Assembly: GCA_037443035.1 (NCBI GenBank)
Contig: JBBIPC010000006.1
Coordinates: 32,001 to 96,000, forward strand
DNA: 64,000 nt
DNA from: Chthonomonadales bacterium
GTDB lineage: Bacteria > Armatimonadota > Chthonomonadetes > Chthonomonadales > CAJBBX01
Reading direction: 5' to 3'
Part shown: piece after piece, positions 10,533 through 21,204 of the stretch
How the letters are laid out: every line of letters begins with the position of its first letter
Position numbering within the stretch: position 1 is the stretch's first letter
Position numbers and translations under genes: made by a program
The notes under the pieces: generated by a model
What the model was told of the DNA's origin: nothing
Databases searched by the model: none
Seen by the model: only the letters and a program-made list of their open reading frames with translations

Positions 10533-10559
10533 AAAAGGGGGCGCTTCCACCGCCCCCTT
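10533..10559 (-). terminator. intrinsic terminator between convergent genes
   Basis: AAGGGGGCG/CGCCCCCTT hairpin with an A-run on the left (U-tract on the minus strand). Confidence 0.7.
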
Positions 10560-10586
10560 CGCGTGACACCGTCGAGGAGTCGACTC

Positions 10587-11258
10587 CTACGCCGGCGGAT
10601 TGGCCCCACCCCTGCGATTGCCCGCTCTACCGCGCCTCTGCCTATTCTCCTCGTTGAACTTCTTGATGACTTCTTTCTGCTCTGCAGTTAGGAGAGCTTC
10701 GGCTTTCGTGCGTGCGTCTGCCGTCAGCTCGCGCATCTTCGAGCGCCGCTCTTCTGGAGACAGGTTCTGCACTTTCTCCCTAATCTCGCGGGCAATGTCG
10801 GTCAGCTTCTTCTTCTGCTCGTCGGTCAACTTGAGGTCGCCGACAACCTGAAGCGGGATACCCAGCGACCGGAGCACGGCGATCTCAGGTGCAGCGTTGC
10901 GAAGCGCTTCCTTCTGCTCCGGTGTCAGGATGTTGTTGATCTCGGTCGTTGCCTGCTGCGTCAGGTCGCGCCGCTTCTGAGCCGCAGCCGGATCGGGTGC
11001 GGCCCCCTGTTGCGGTCGAAGCGCGCGCAGGTCCTCGGCCAGCTTCGTCTGAATCGCTTTGATCTTCGTCACCTGCTCCGGCGTCAGCTTGCATACTGTT
11101 TGGAGCAACTCCACGGGAATCTGAGCGACCAATACCCTGGCATTTCGCTGCCGTCCCTGCCGGCCCGGAGCTTGTCCCTGAGCGATCGCCGATGAGACAC
11201 TCGCCAGGACCAGTGCCGCGCCGGCCACGAGTGCCAGCCTTCTTGCTCGAGACGTCAT
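10587..11258 (-). CDS. secreted Spy/CpxP-like LTxxQ-repeat protein
   Basis: Signal peptide; LTPEQ (twice), LTDEQ, LSPEE and LTAEQ motifs; GGAGG RBS. Confidence 0.8.
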   Translation of the reverse strand: MTSRARRLALVAGAALVLASVSSAIAQGQAPGRQGRQRNARVLVAQIPVELLQTVCKLTPEQVTKIKAIQTKLAEDLRALRPQQGAAPDPAAAQKRRDLTQQATTEINNILTPEQKEALRNAAPEIAVLRSLGIPLQVVGDLKLTDEQKKKLTDIAREIREKVQNLSPEERRSKMRELTADARTKAEALLTAEQKEVIKKFNEENRQRRGRAGNRRGGANPPA

Positions 11259-11322
11259 TGGTTGGAACCTCCTCTAGCTGTGTCAAGTTGCATGAGCTTG
11301 TGCGGATCTACTTCTCGAAGAA

Positions 11323-11351
11323 TCAGACGTAGAGGCCTGCTTATGGTTCAC
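11323..11351 (-). promoter_or_regulatory. candidate ECF-type promoter for the LTxxQ gene
   Basis: Minus strand reads TGAAC-N16-CGTCTGA, the same AAC-N16-CGTC geometry as the motifs at 21168 and 23464. Confidence 0.45.
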
Positions 11352-11402
11352 ACTAATGTTGGTTATTGCTCACTTGCCCAGCGAAGACGGACGGCTAGAA
11401 TG

Positions 11403-12236
11403 ATGTCTGCCGAGGTGCACACTCTCCTATCCATACCCGCCTATTGCTCGCTACACTGCGCTTGCGTGACAGTGTACGACGCCGGAGATCATCTGGCCGA
11501 CTACCGCGGTGTGCACAGACCCAGCTCGCGCGCCGAGAAGAGCTGGGAGTTGACCGCGTATCTCGCCGCGATGTGGGCTGAGGGGGAGCTCGGCGTAGGT
11601 GAGTGCGGTCGCCCGGTACGCATAGGTCTTGCTGCGTACGAAGCATGGCTCGCCGACATGCAGGCAGCGCAACGTCTCTCTCGTCGGCGACTGACGGTTC
11701 TATCCGAGCGGGTCTCCCAGTGGGTTGACATTGCATCTACGGCTTCGCAGTCCATGGCACGCATGGCTGGAAAGAGCACCGCACGGTCGGCGCGGCTGTT
11801 GCGCGACGCTGCACACGTTCACCTGTCTCATTTGCAGGCTCGCTTGCACGCACTCCAGAACCTGCCTAGCCGTGGGAAACGCGGTTACTGCGTCGATCAG
11901 ATGGCACATGCAAGAACGTTGGCACGGGCCGCCTGTCTGCTGGTTGCCGAGAGCCTCCGATGCCGCGGCTCTGTGCCCCCACACGTCGCAGCCGCGCTGT
12001 TCGCGGAGAGACTCGGGGCGGTGGAGCCGGTGGCGATGGACGAGCTGCTTTATCTAGTCCGTGCGGCCATGCTACCGCTCCGCATACTCGCGTTACGGTC
12101 GCTTGCGCAGCTTCGCGATCCTCGGGCAACGGCAGTCATTCGCGAATGCGCCCACGACGATCATCCACTGTGCGCCAGCGTTGCGACGTGGGCACTGGGC
12201 GCTCGAGCTTCGCGGATGGAGGAATCGAAGGACTGA
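11403..12236 (+). CDS. hypothetical protein with C-terminal HEAT-like repeat (start uncertain)
   Basis: Fills the gap between genes. LRILALRSLAQLRDPRATAVIRECAHDDHPLCASVATWALG is HEAT/PBS-lyase-like. Confidence 0.5.
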   Translation: MSAEVHTLLSIPAYCSLHCACVTVYDAGDHLADYRGVHRPSSRAEKSWELTAYLAAMWAEGELGVGECGRPVRIGLAAYEAWLADMQAAQRLSRRRLTVLSERVSQWVDIASTASQSMARMAGKSTARSARLLRDAAHVHLSHLQARLHALQNLPSRGKRGYCVDQMAHARTLARAACLLVAESLRCRGSVPPHVAAALFAERLGAVEPVAMDELLYLVRAAMLPLRILALRSLAQLRDPRATAVIRECAHDDHPLCASVATWALGARASRMEESKD

Positions 12237-12249
12237 ATCCAAGCGGTGC

Positions 12250-13023
12250 CTATGGGTTCGCCAGGACGATTCTGCGGATGCCGTCGAGCGTCAGATCCTC
12301 CACTTGAAGCAGGGGCGGCACAAGGTGCGGTGCGATGAGTCGCGCGAAGCCACCGGTTACTACGACTGCAATCGTTTCGCCCAGTTCGGTTCGCGTTGCA
12401 TCAGTCAGTTGACGCGCAGTACCGATCGCGCCGTGAATCGCGCCTGCTCGGATGGCGGATTCCGTGTCCGTACCCACCGCTGAGGGAACTTCACGGGCCG
12501 CGTGATCATGGAGCTCGACTGCGGGTAGTTGGGCTGTCCCTTGGCAGAGAGCTTGCGTCACGAGCCGTGGGCCGGCGGCGATCGCCCCACCGACCAGACG
12601 CCTTTGTGCGTCCACGACGGTCATGGTGATCGCTGTACCGCAGTTCAATGTGATCGCCGGGCACCCAACGCGAGCAACTGCGGCCACAGCATCAGCAATG
12701 CGATCGGCTCCAAGGTGCTCTGGATAGCGAACAGCCACGCATAGGCCGAGTTCGAGGTGAGGACCGATGAACAGCGCGGCTGGCAGACCGACCTGCGGTA
12801 CGGCAGCATCCAATAGCTCCGTTACCCTGGGAACGACGGATGCAACACCGACACTACGGATGTCCGAGGCGCACACGGCAGACATCAAGGTGCGCAGCAA
12901 TCGGATGACGTCGTCTACCGTCTGAACCGCGTTCGTCTTGAGGGCCTGCTTGGTTCGGACGCACTCTCCGTCGAAGACCGCAGCCTTGATGCGCGTATTA
13001 CCAACGTCTAGGGCCAATATCAT
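12250..13023 (-). CDS. coaX: type III pantothenate kinase
   Basis: ILALDVGNTRIK, VASVVP, LGADR, GTAIT, GGAIAAG, VTGG. Start at ATG 13023. Confidence 0.93.
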   Translation of the reverse strand: MILALDVGNTRIKAAVFDGECVRTKQALKTNAVQTVDDVIRLLRTLMSAVCASDIRSVGVASVVPRVTELLDAAVPQVGLPAALFIGPHLELGLCVAVRYPEHLGADRIADAVAAVARVGCPAITLNCGTAITMTVVDAQRRLVGGAIAAGPRLVTQALCQGTAQLPAVELHDHAAREVPSAVGTDTESAIRAGAIHGAIGTARQLTDATRTELGETIAVVVTGGFARLIAPHLVPPLLQVEDLTLDGIRRIVLANP

Positions 13024-13131
13024 GGATGCAGGGTACCCGTTCACGGATGGCGGCGTGTCAGCGGATCGCACAGTGAGTGGGCGGCACCGGCCGTGCAGGA
13101 ACGAACAGGCGTGGCGCGGAACAACAAGAAC

Positions 13132-15126
13132 ATGCGGTCGGACCCCCTTCCCTTGCCAAGCGCAGCGTCGAACCCAACCTACCAGGCGGCGCTGTCGCCT
13201 CGCGGATTGGCCGTCGGTGTGCTCATGGTTGCACTGACGTGCGTAGTTGTCTGCTTCGCGGAGCTGGTCGTCACCAACATCCAGATCGGTTTCCTGCAGC
13301 TTCCGCCAGTCGTGGTAGGTCTGCTGGTGCTCATCCTGGCTGCGCATGCCGTGCTGGGACGTCTGTCTCCTCGACTCCGCCTAGAGCGTCGCGAACTCTT
13401 CACAGTCTACGTCATGATGCTCCTCGCCTCGATGGTGTCGTCGCGCGGTCTGCTGCAGAAGCTGATTCCACTTCTCGTGGTACCGAACTACTTCGCGACA
13501 ACTGAGAATCGTTGGCGCCAACTCTTCTTCCCGTACATCAAGCGGTGGGCCGTGCCGTGGGATCCTGCGGGCGACATCAAACAGTACGCAGCCGCGCGCT
13601 TTTACGACGCTCTTAGGCCAGGGGAGCGCCTGCCCTGGAATGCGTGGGTCATGCCGCTCGTGGCATGGGGCGTGTTCGTGGCGCTCATCTTCTCGGCTTA
13701 TCTGTGCCTGGCCGTGTTGCTGCGTCGCCAGTGGGTGGACAACGAGCGACTGAGCTTCCCTCTGACCCAACTGCCCATGGAGGTCATGCGGCCCGCATCA
13801 GGGGGTAGCTTCCTCGCCAACCGTCTCACATGGTTCGGCTTCGGCATACCGGCCTTCGTGTTCGGTTTCAACGGTATCCATCAGTGGTACCCAAGCTTTC
13901 CCGAGTTCGTCACGGACATCAACCTAAACACGTACCTTCAGACTCCGCCGTGGAATGCGGCTCTGTTCTTCCATGTGTACATATCGTTCGCTGCCATCGG
14001 GTTCTTCTACCTCTTGCCGACGGACCTCCTGTTTTCTCTCTGGTTCCTGTTCCTCCTGACGCGCTTCGTGGATGTCTTCGCGGCATCCAGAGGGTACCAG
14101 CCCCAGATCATGCCGATGTACGGATGCCTGGAGTTTATCGGGTACCAGATAATTGGCTGCTACCTGGTCATGGTTGGCTACATGGTGTGGGCTGCAAGAC
14201 CTCACATGCTGCGCATCTGGCGGTCAGCTTGGCGGAGAAGGGTGGATCCGGACGGCGACGAGCTCCTATCCTACCGCACGGCGTTCTGGGGACTGCTCAT
14301 CTGTATTCTCCTATCGGCAGGCTGGCTGACCCTGCTGGGTATGTCGTACTGGCTGGCGTTGTTCGAGCTGGTCATCCTCCTGTTCGTCGTGGCGCTCGTC
14401 ATGGCACGGTCCACCTGCGAGTCCGGCATGCTCATGACCGAGACCTCGTTCAGGCCCATTGACATTTTCCGCATGGTAGGGGACGTTCGCAACCTCGGGG
14501 CTTCGAACATTGCTGGACTCGCCTTCCTGGATGCTCTGTGGATGCGGGACCAGCGAGGACTGGTGCTAACAGGCTTTCTCGACTCGCTGAAGCTAGCGGA
14601 CGGCGTCAGGATCCGACGCCGTTCCCTGATCATGGTGCTCGTCTTGGCAATCGTTGTGGCCGTCGGTGTCGCTGGATACCTGCATCTTGTGCTGCCCTAC
14701 CGCCTCGGTGCCAACAGGCTCTATGCCTATGTGTACGCCGGCAATCCAGTATGGTCGTTCAACGATGCTACGGTGATCATGAACCGGGATCGTCCACCGT
14801 TGTCGTGGATCTCCACTCTGAACTTCCTTATCGGCGTAGCGGCGACGATCGGCATTGTCGTTCTGCGGGCAAGAACCTTCTGGTTCCCCATTCACCCGCT
14901 TGGGTACGCCCTCTGTGGCACCTGGACGATGATGGTGTTCTGGTTTCCGTGTGCCGTGGCGTGGCTCATCAAGGTTCTCATCCTACGGTATGGCGGGATG
15001 CGTCTCTACGCGAGGCTACGTCCCGCGTTCCTTGGCATGGTGCTTGGTGAGTTCACCATGGCCGTGCTGTGGGCCACTCCTTCGATTTTCTGGCGTACGC
15101 CGACGCCTGCGTTTCCATGGCCGTAG
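13132..15126 (+). CDS. polytopic membrane protein (DUF6785/DUF6784-type putative transporter)
   Basis: Many TM helices; RRQWVDNERLSFPL, WFPIHPLGY, RYGGMRLY...FLGMVLGE. Confidence 0.8.
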   Translation: MRSDPLPLPSAASNPTYQAALSPRGLAVGVLMVALTCVVVCFAELVVTNIQIGFLQLPPVVVGLLVLILAAHAVLGRLSPRLRLERRELFTVYVMMLLASMVSSRGLLQKLIPLLVVPNYFATTENRWRQLFFPYIKRWAVPWDPAGDIKQYAAARFYDALRPGERLPWNAWVMPLVAWGVFVALIFSAYLCLAVLLRRQWVDNERLSFPLTQLPMEVMRPASGGSFLANRLTWFGFGIPAFVFGFNGIHQWYPSFPEFVTDINLNTYLQTPPWNAALFFHVYISFAAIGFFYLLPTDLLFSLWFLFLLTRFVDVFAASRGYQPQIMPMYGCLEFIGYQIIGCYLVMVGYMVWAARPHMLRIWRSAWRRRVDPDGDELLSYRTAFWGLLICILLSAGWLTLLGMSYWLALFELVILLFVVALVMARSTCESGMLMTETSFRPIDIFRMVGDVRNLGASNIAGLAFLDALWMRDQRGLVLTGFLDSLKLADGVRIRRRSLIMVLVLAIVVAVGVAGYLHLVLPYRLGANRLYAYVYAGNPVWSFNDATVIMNRDRPPLSWISTLNFLIGVAATIGIVVLRARTFWFPIHPLGYALCGTWTMMVFWFPCAVAWLIKVLILRYGGMRLYARLRPAFLGMVLGEFTMAVLWATPSIFWRTPTPAFPWP

Positions 15127-15151
15127 AAGGGGATAGTGACATCTGCGGAGG

Positions 15152-15547
15152 ATGAGCATGCAGAGGTATTGCATGGAGTTGACGGTGCAGGGGGAGTTTG
15201 ACGATGTACTGCGGCGTGTGCGTGAGGCGTTCGCGGCAGAGGGATTCGGCGTTGTTACGGAGATGAATGTCCAGGCGACCCTGAGTACGAAGATCGGTAA
15301 GGATATCGAACCCTACGTAGTTCTGGGTATGTGCAATCCCCGAGCAGCCTCGGAGGCCATCGAGCTGGAGCCGTCCATTGGCGTTCTGCTGCCCTGCAAC
15401 GTGTTGGTTCGGCAGTCCGATGCTGGCGTTCTCGTGGCAGCCCAAGACCCAGCCATGATGGTGCAGGCGACCGGAAATCCGGCACTCGAACCCTTGGCAC
15501 GTAACGTCGCGCAGATGGTTCGCAGTGCCCTCTCTAGGCTAGCCTGA
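15152..15547 (+). CDS. DUF302 domain protein
   Basis: EGFGVVTEMNVQATL, YVVLGMCNP, IGVLLPCNV. Confidence 0.92.
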   Translation: MSMQRYCMELTVQGEFDDVLRRVREAFAAEGFGVVTEMNVQATLSTKIGKDIEPYVVLGMCNPRAASEAIELEPSIGVLLPCNVLVRQSDAGVLVAAQDPAMMVQATGNPALEPLARNVAQMVRSALSRLA

Positions 15548-15674
15548 GCACACGACCGCATCGCCGCAAGCAGCATTCTCGGTCGAGTTCGAGGCTCCTG
15601 GCGCACGCTCGCTTGGCTCGCTGACAGCGCCAATCTGCTTGGCAAAGATGGGAACTTCTTGTGGGCTTGGCAAC

Positions 15675-15708
15675 ATATGAATAGTCATATATAGTGATGG
15701 TCATATAT
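15675..15708. promoter_or_regulatory. putative ArsR/SmtB-type operator
   Basis: AT-rich island: inverted repeat ATATGA-atag-TCATAT (15675-15690) and direct repeat GTCATATAT (15684, 15700), just before the ArsR RBS. Confidence 0.6.
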
Positions 15709-15724
15709 CTCCAAGGAGGTTCAT

Positions 15725-16078
15725 GTGATTAGGACGCGAAAGCCTGACATGCTCGACATGGACATTCTCGAACGGGTGGCGCCTGTGATCCGTCATGCAG
15801 CGCACCCGTTGCGCCTGCGAATTCTCGATTACCTCCGGTGGGCAGGCGAACCCCAGCCGGTCAGCCGACTTGTTGCCGCCTGTGGCGTCAACCAGGCGGT
15901 GGTAAGCCAGCAGCTGCGCATCCTGAAGGACCAGAACGTCGTGCGCTGTCGGCGCGAAGGCAACAGTGTGCTGTACGAGATCGCGAACCCCAACGTGCTG
16001 CTGCTCTTGGAATGCATTCGCCGCCACGGTACTGGTGGGTGCACTGACAGTTCTGACAAGGGAGGATCCGACGAATGA
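15725..16078 (+). CDS. ArsR/SmtB family transcriptional regulator
   Basis: AHPLRLRILDYL, VSQQLRILK...RREGNSVLY; AAGGAGGT RBS. Confidence 0.92.
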   Translation: MIRTRKPDMLDMDILERVAPVIRHAAHPLRLRILDYLRWAGEPQPVSRLVAACGVNQAVVSQQLRILKDQNVVRCRREGNSVLYEIANPNVLLLLECIRRHGTGGCTDSSDKGGSDE

Positions 16079-17589
16079 GCCGTTCCGACCTGCTAGGAAA
16101 GCTGAACATTGTCGGCAGGAAGTGGATGATGCTGATGGCCAGCGCCGTGGTGGCGTTGGGTGTGGTGTGGCTGTTGACGGCTTCCCGCTCGAGCGCCCAG
16201 GAAGGCGAGCGGCGGCCACTTTCCAGGAACGTACAACCTGTGCCCGTGACACTGGCGCATGCGACACGAGAGCGGGTGCCGATCTGGTACGAGGCAACGG
16301 GGACGGTCCGCCCACAGTTCGAGGCAGATCTCGCCTCCAAAGTCATGGGCCGCATCGTCCGTCTGGATGTTCGCGAGGGCGACACTGTAAGAGCTGGCCA
16401 GCTAGTCGCCTGGCTCGACTCACGGGATTTGAACGCCGCGGTGGCGCAAGCCGGCGCTGGTGCTCGCGCCGCACGTGTAGGAGCGGATACCGCCGTGGTG
16501 GCGGCCAAGATGGAGCGCGCTTCCAGCGAAGCGAGGATCGCCGCCGCTAGGGCGCTGGTCCGGCAGTCCGAGGCGGCCGTTGCCGCGGCGCGTGCGCGGG
16601 TGGATATGGTGAAAACGGGGCCACGTCGCCAGGAGAGAGCGCAGGCTGCGCTTGCAGTGGCCCAGGCAAAGGCTGCCATGGAGCTGGCAGAAGCCGACTA
16701 TGACCGCATGGCGTCGCTGCTGTCCGAGGGAGCTGTGTCCAAGCAACAGGCTGACGCGGCGCGCACGCAACGAGATGTGGCGCGCGCCAAGCATGCCGCA
16801 GCCGTCGAAGCGCTGAACATGGCCGAAGAGGGCAGTCGAGAAGAGGATATTCGCTCGGCCGAGGAAGGACTTCGGCAAGCGGAGGCGGCTCTCGATGCTG
16901 CTCGACAGGGTCTACGTCAAGCGGAAGCGGCGGCCCTCATGGCCGATGTGCGCGAGCGTGAGATACAAGGCGCAAGGGCTCAGGTGAGCCAGGCAACCGC
17001 GGCGCTGGAGTTGGCGCGTACAACGCGGGAGTACGCGGTGCTGCACGCTCCGTTCGCAGGCATTGTGGCTCGGCGCATGGCCGATCCTGGAGATATGGCG
17101 ACCCCAGGCATGCCGCTCCTCTGCATCCAGGGAGGATCCCTGCGTATGGAAGCCGTTGTGCCGGAGACGGTGCTGAAGTCGGTGCGGCTGGGGCAGTACG
17201 TCGAGGTTCAGCTAGATGCCTACGGCGGACGGCTTGTGCGAGGACCTGTCGTCGAGATGTCGCCGCAAGGCGATCCTGCGTCTCATACCTTCCTAGTGCG
17301 AGTCGAGCTTCCTCGAACTATCGGTGCTATGGCTGGTATGTTCGGGCGCGTCCGAATCGCTACGGGCGAGGAGCGGAAGCTGACGGTTCCCCTGGAGGCT
17401 GTGAGAGATCGAGACGGCATTCGGTACGTCTACACGCTCCACGAACCCGATCAGGTACGCATGAGGCTCGTCACCGTCGGGGCAGTGTTCGGAGCACGAG
17501 TGGTGATCCTGTCCGGACTGCGCGAAGGTGAGAGAGTAGTCGTCTCCCCGATCGTTGGTCTGTATGACGGTGCGAAAGTGAGGTTCTAG
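16075..17589 (+). CDS. RND efflux periplasmic adaptor (membrane fusion protein) with long coiled coil
   Basis: N-terminal TM, GRIVRLDVREGDTVRAGQ and APFAGIV lipoyl halves, AGMFGRV; ATGA overlap with ArsR. Confidence 0.92.
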   Translation: MSRSDLLGKLNIVGRKWMMLMASAVVALGVVWLLTASRSSAQEGERRPLSRNVQPVPVTLAHATRERVPIWYEATGTVRPQFEADLASKVMGRIVRLDVREGDTVRAGQLVAWLDSRDLNAAVAQAGAGARAARVGADTAVVAAKMERASSEARIAAARALVRQSEAAVAAARARVDMVKTGPRRQERAQAALAVAQAKAAMELAEADYDRMASLLSEGAVSKQQADAARTQRDVARAKHAAAVEALNMAEEGSREEDIRSAEEGLRQAEAALDAARQGLRQAEAAALMADVREREIQGARAQVSQATAALELARTTREYAVLHAPFAGIVARRMADPGDMATPGMPLLCIQGGSLRMEAVVPETVLKSVRLGQYVEVQLDAYGGRLVRGPVVEMSPQGDPASHTFLVRVELPRTIGAMAGMFGRVRIATGEERKLTVPLEAVRDRDGIRYVYTLHEPDQVRMRLVTVGAVFGARVVILSGLREGERVVVSPIVGLYDGAKVRF

Positions 17590-17592
17590 CAG

Positions 17593-20500
17593 ATGACGGA
17601 TCGTACCAAGGATAGGCGACTCGGCATGGCGGGTCGTCTGGCCGGCGCCTTCGCCAACAGCAAGCTTACGCCACTCGTCATCGTCGCATCGCTGGCCCTA
17701 GGCGTCTTCGCTGTGTCGAAGACCCCGCGCGAGGAGGAACCGCAGATCATCGTTCCCATGGCCGATGTGATCGTGCAGATGCCGGGAGCGTCCGCACAAG
17801 AGGTGGAACGGCGCGTCACGACACCCATGGAGAAGCTGCTCTGGGAGATTCCGGGCGTAGAGTACATCTACACGACATCCAGTCCCGGCATGGCAATGGC
17901 AGTCGTGCGGTTCTATGTGGGGCAGGCAGAAGAGGCCGCTTTCGTGCGCCTTCGGGAGAAACTCCAATCACATTACGATATCATCCCGCCCGGAGCGTCG
18001 CTGCCGATCATCAAGCCACGCGCCATTGACGACGTACCGATCCTTGCGCTGACTCTCCATAGCAAGACCTACGGACCGTACGAGCTTCGCCAGATTGCAC
18101 TTCGGCTGGAAGAGGCCATCAAGCAAGTAGACAACGTCTCGGAAACAATGATCTTGGGGGGACTGCGGCGCGAAGTACGCGTAACGCTGGATCGAACGCG
18201 CATGGCGGGGCTCGGTGTAACACCGGATGCCGTGGCGGCTGCTCTTGGAGGCTCCAATGCGCACGACTTCTCCGGATCGTACTCGGCAGGCGACACCGAA
18301 GTGGCGATCAAGACAGGCGAGTTCCTGCGCAGTGCCAGCGATGTCGGCTCGGTGATTGTAGCTGCTGCGAACGGAAGGCCTGTCTACCTGCGCGATGTCG
18401 CAGAAGTCCAGGACGGTCCTGCGGAGGCTTCCGACTATGTCCTGTTCGGTCATGGACCGGCTCATGAGCGTGAGAAGGATGGAGCACGAGCAGATGCCAG
18501 CCCTGCCGGGGGTGGCCCAGCGCTGGAGCCGGCGGTCACGATCTCGGTTGCCAAGCGCAAGGGCAAGAACGCTATAGACATTGCGCACGCTGTGCTTCGC
18601 AAGGTGGAGAGCCTGAAAGGCCGTCTGATCCCTGCGGATGTGTCGGTAACAGTGACCCGCAACTACGGCGAGACCGCCTCGGAGAAATCGGGTGAGCTTC
18701 TCTTTCACATGATGATAGCGGTAGTGTCCGTGACGCTACTGATAGCTCTTACCCTCGGTCGCAGGGAGTCCGTCGTCGTGCTCGTCGCCATCCCTGTTAC
18801 GCTCGCGCTGACGCTGCTCGTGTTCTATCTCTACGGCTACACGCTGAACCGCATCACGTTGTTCGCCTTGATCTTCTCCATCGGAATACTCGTGGATGAC
18901 GCGATCGTTGTCGTAGAGAACATCGTGCGCCATTACCGTATGCGCAGTGGCGAGCCGGTGAGCCCCCTCGATGTAGCCGTCAAGGCTGTGGACGAAGTGG
19001 GCAACCCGACGATCTTGGCGACCTTCACTGTGATCGCAGCGATCCTTCCCATGGCCTTCGTCGGCGGACTGATGGGCCCCTACATGCGTCCCATACCGGT
19101 AGGTGCGTCGGCAGCGATGATATTCTCGTTGCTGATCGCCTTCATCGTGACGCCGTGGGCGGCCATCCGGTTGCTCAAGGGTGAGCTGCGACACCGACCC
19201 GGTGCAACCGGCGACAAAGGCCACGATCACCACGGACATACCGACGATTGGACCACCCGCCTCTACCGGCGCATCATGACGCCGCTTCTGCAGAAGCCGT
19301 GGGCACGATGGGCTTTTCTCGGTTCCGTGGCGGTACTACTGGTCAGCGCCATGGCCCTGGTGATGCTGCGAGTCGTGACGGTCAAGATGCTTCCATTCGA
19401 CAACAAGAACGAGTTCCAGATCATCGTGGACATGCCGACTGGCACATCGCTCGAGCAGACAGCCGCGGCAACCCGGGCATTGAGCGACTACGTCGCGACC
19501 ATCCCCGAAGTCACGGACTACCAGACATATATCGGAACAGCGAGTCCGTTCAACTTCAACGGTCTCGTGCGTCACTACTTTGCGCGTCGGCAGAGCCATC
19601 AGGCAGACATCCAGGTCAATCTCGTCGGCAAAGGGGAGCGCAAAGCCCAGAGCCACGATATCGTGAAGCGGATTCGCCCAGACATCGCGCGAATCGCGAG
19701 AGAGCATGGCATCCGAGTCAAGATCGCGGAAGTGCCGCCGGGACCGCCGGTACTGCAGACCCTGGTTGCTGAGATCTACGGTCCTACGCCGGAAAGTCGC
19801 TACGAGGTGGCCGCACAGGTGAAGCGGATCTTCGAGACAACAGAAGGCGTAACGGACGTCGACTGGTACATGGATGATCCGCAGGCGACGAGGCAGTTTC
19901 GAGTGGACAAGGAGAAGGCCACGCTTCTCGGTGTGGACCCAGCTTCCGTGAGCCGCACGGTTTCCATGATGCTCGGAGGCGCGCCCGTTGGATTGGCACA
20001 CGACGAGAGCGCGCACGAGGATGTACCTATCAAGCTGCGGCTGCCACGTGCCACGAGGAGCGGTGTCGAGGACCTGGAACAGGTTCACGTGCAGTCGCGG
20101 ACCGGTAAGCTGGTGCCTCTTAAGGAATTGGTTCGAGTCGAGGATGTGGTCGCGGAGCGGTCCATCTATCACAAGAATCTCATGCCGGTCGTGTACGTGA
20201 CTGGCGACGTGGTGGGACGACAGGAGAGCCCGGTCTACGCCATTCTCGCGATGAACAAGAAGCTATCCAAGCTTCGCATGCCGGACGGGGGGCGGTTGGA
20301 CATCCTGAGTACGCATCTGCCGGAGACCCAGGATCTCATGGCGATGAAATGGGATGGCGAATGGCATATTACCTACGAGGTCTTCCGGGACCTGGGCATT
20401 GCCTTCGCTGCCGTACTGGTGCTGATCTACATCCTGGTCGTGGCCTGGTTTCAGTCGTTCAAGACGCCCATCATCATCATGGCACCCATCCCACTGACGC

Positions 20501-20958
20501 TCATCGGGATCCTACCGGCGCATGCGCTGCTCGGCGCGTTCTTCACGGCGACATCCATGATCGGCTTTATCGCGGGCGCAGGCATCATCGTGCGGAATTC
20601 CATCATCCTGGTGGACTTCATCGAACTCCGGCTACGGCAGGGGATGGCGCTGGAGCAGGCCGTCATCGACGCCGGCGCCACGCGCTTCCGGCCCATGCTG
20701 CTCACGGCAGCGGCCGTCATCGTGGGGTCTGTGGTGATACTGTTCGATCCGATTTTCCAGGGACTGGCGGTTGCCCTCATGGCAGGCGAGATAGCTTCCA
20801 CATTGCTGTCGCGCCTGGCCGTGCCCATTCTGTACTTCATGATGCGTCGTCGGGAGCGTGCCTTGTTGCAGTTCGCTCCGCATGGCCGCGACGAGACCGG
20901 CAAGCCTCTGACCGCTTCGCATCATCTGCATCACGCGACACAAGGAGAAACAACATGA
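17593..20958 (+). CDS. RND efflux permease (AcrB/CzcA superfamily)
   Basis: [38 protein letters not shown]; 1121 aa. Confidence 0.95.
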   Translation: MTDRTKDRRLGMAGRLAGAFANSKLTPLVIVASLALGVFAVSKTPREEEPQIIVPMADVIVQMPGASAQEVERRVTTPMEKLLWEIPGVEYIYTTSSPGMAMAVVRFYVGQAEEAAFVRLREKLQSHYDIIPPGASLPIIKPRAIDDVPILALTLHSKTYGPYELRQIALRLEEAIKQVDNVSETMILGGLRREVRVTLDRTRMAGLGVTPDAVAAALGGSNAHDFSGSYSAGDTEVAIKTGEFLRSASDVGSVIVAAANGRPVYLRDVAEVQDGPAEASDYVLFGHGPAHEREKDGARADASPAGGGPALEPAVTISVAKRKGKNAIDIAHAVLRKVESLKGRLIPADVSVTVTRNYGETASEKSGELLFHMMIAVVSVTLLIALTLGRRESVVVLVAIPVTLALTLLVFYLYGYTLNRITLFALIFSIGILVDDAIVVVENIVRHYRMRSGEPVSPLDVAVKAVDEVGNPTILATFTVIAAILPMAFVGGLMGPYMRPIPVGASAAMIFSLLIAFIVTPWAAIRLLKGELRHRPGATGDKGHDHHGHTDDWTTRLYRRIMTPLLQKPWARWAFLGSVAVLLVSAMALVMLRVVTVKMLPFDNKNEFQIIVDMPTGTSLEQTAAATRALSDYVATIPEVTDYQTYIGTASPFNFNGLVRHYFARRQSHQADIQVNLVGKGERKAQSHDIVKRIRPDIARIAREHGIRVKIAEVPPGPPVLQTLVAEIYGPTPESRYEVAAQVKRIFETTEGVTDVDWYMDDPQATRQFRVDKEKATLLGVDPASVSRTVSMMLGGAPVGLAHDESAHEDVPIKLRLPRATRSGVEDLEQVHVQSRTGKLVPLKELVRVEDVVAERSIYHKNLMPVVYVTGDVVGRQESPVYAILAMNKKLSKLRMPDGGRLDILSTHLPETQDLMAMKWDGEWHITYEVFRDLGIAFAAVLVLIYILVVAWFQSFKTPIIIMAPIPLTLIGILPAHALLGAFFTATSMIGFIAGAGIIVRNSIILVDFIELRLRQGMALEQAVIDAGATRFRPMLLTAAAVIVGSVVILFDPIFQGLAVALMAGEIASTLLSRLAVPILYFMMRRRERALLQFAPHGRDETGKPLTASHHLHHATQGETT

Positions 20959-21167
20959 CAGTCGAACGTTGGCTACGGCTCATAGCAGGCGTGTTCGTGC
21001 TTGGTTCCGTGGCGCTTGGCATGACCATGGACTCTCGGTGGTACTACCTAACAGCATTCGTGGGAGCAAATCTTCTGCAATCCGCGTTCACGAACTGGTG
21101 CCCGATGAAGTGGTTGCTCGAGCGGGTCGGGGTAGCCCCGTGCACTGCCGAAAGCGCATCGCGATAA
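20955..21167 (+). CDS. DUF2892 (YgaP-like transmembrane) protein
   Basis: [12 protein letters not shown]...[30 protein letters not shown] overlap with the RND stop. Confidence 0.9.
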   Translation: MTVERWLRLIAGVFVLGSVALGMTMDSRWYYLTAFVGANLLQSAFTNWCPMKWLLERVGVAPCTAESASR

Positions 21168-21198
21168 CGGGAACCCCGGCACGGTTCTGGCGTCCTTA
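21168..21198 (+). promoter_or_regulatory. ECF sigma promoter (putative autoregulatory)
   Basis: CGGGAACCC-N14-CGTCCTTA, flanks identical to 23464-23494. Confidence 0.75.
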
Positions 21199-21204
21199 TT
21201 TCGG

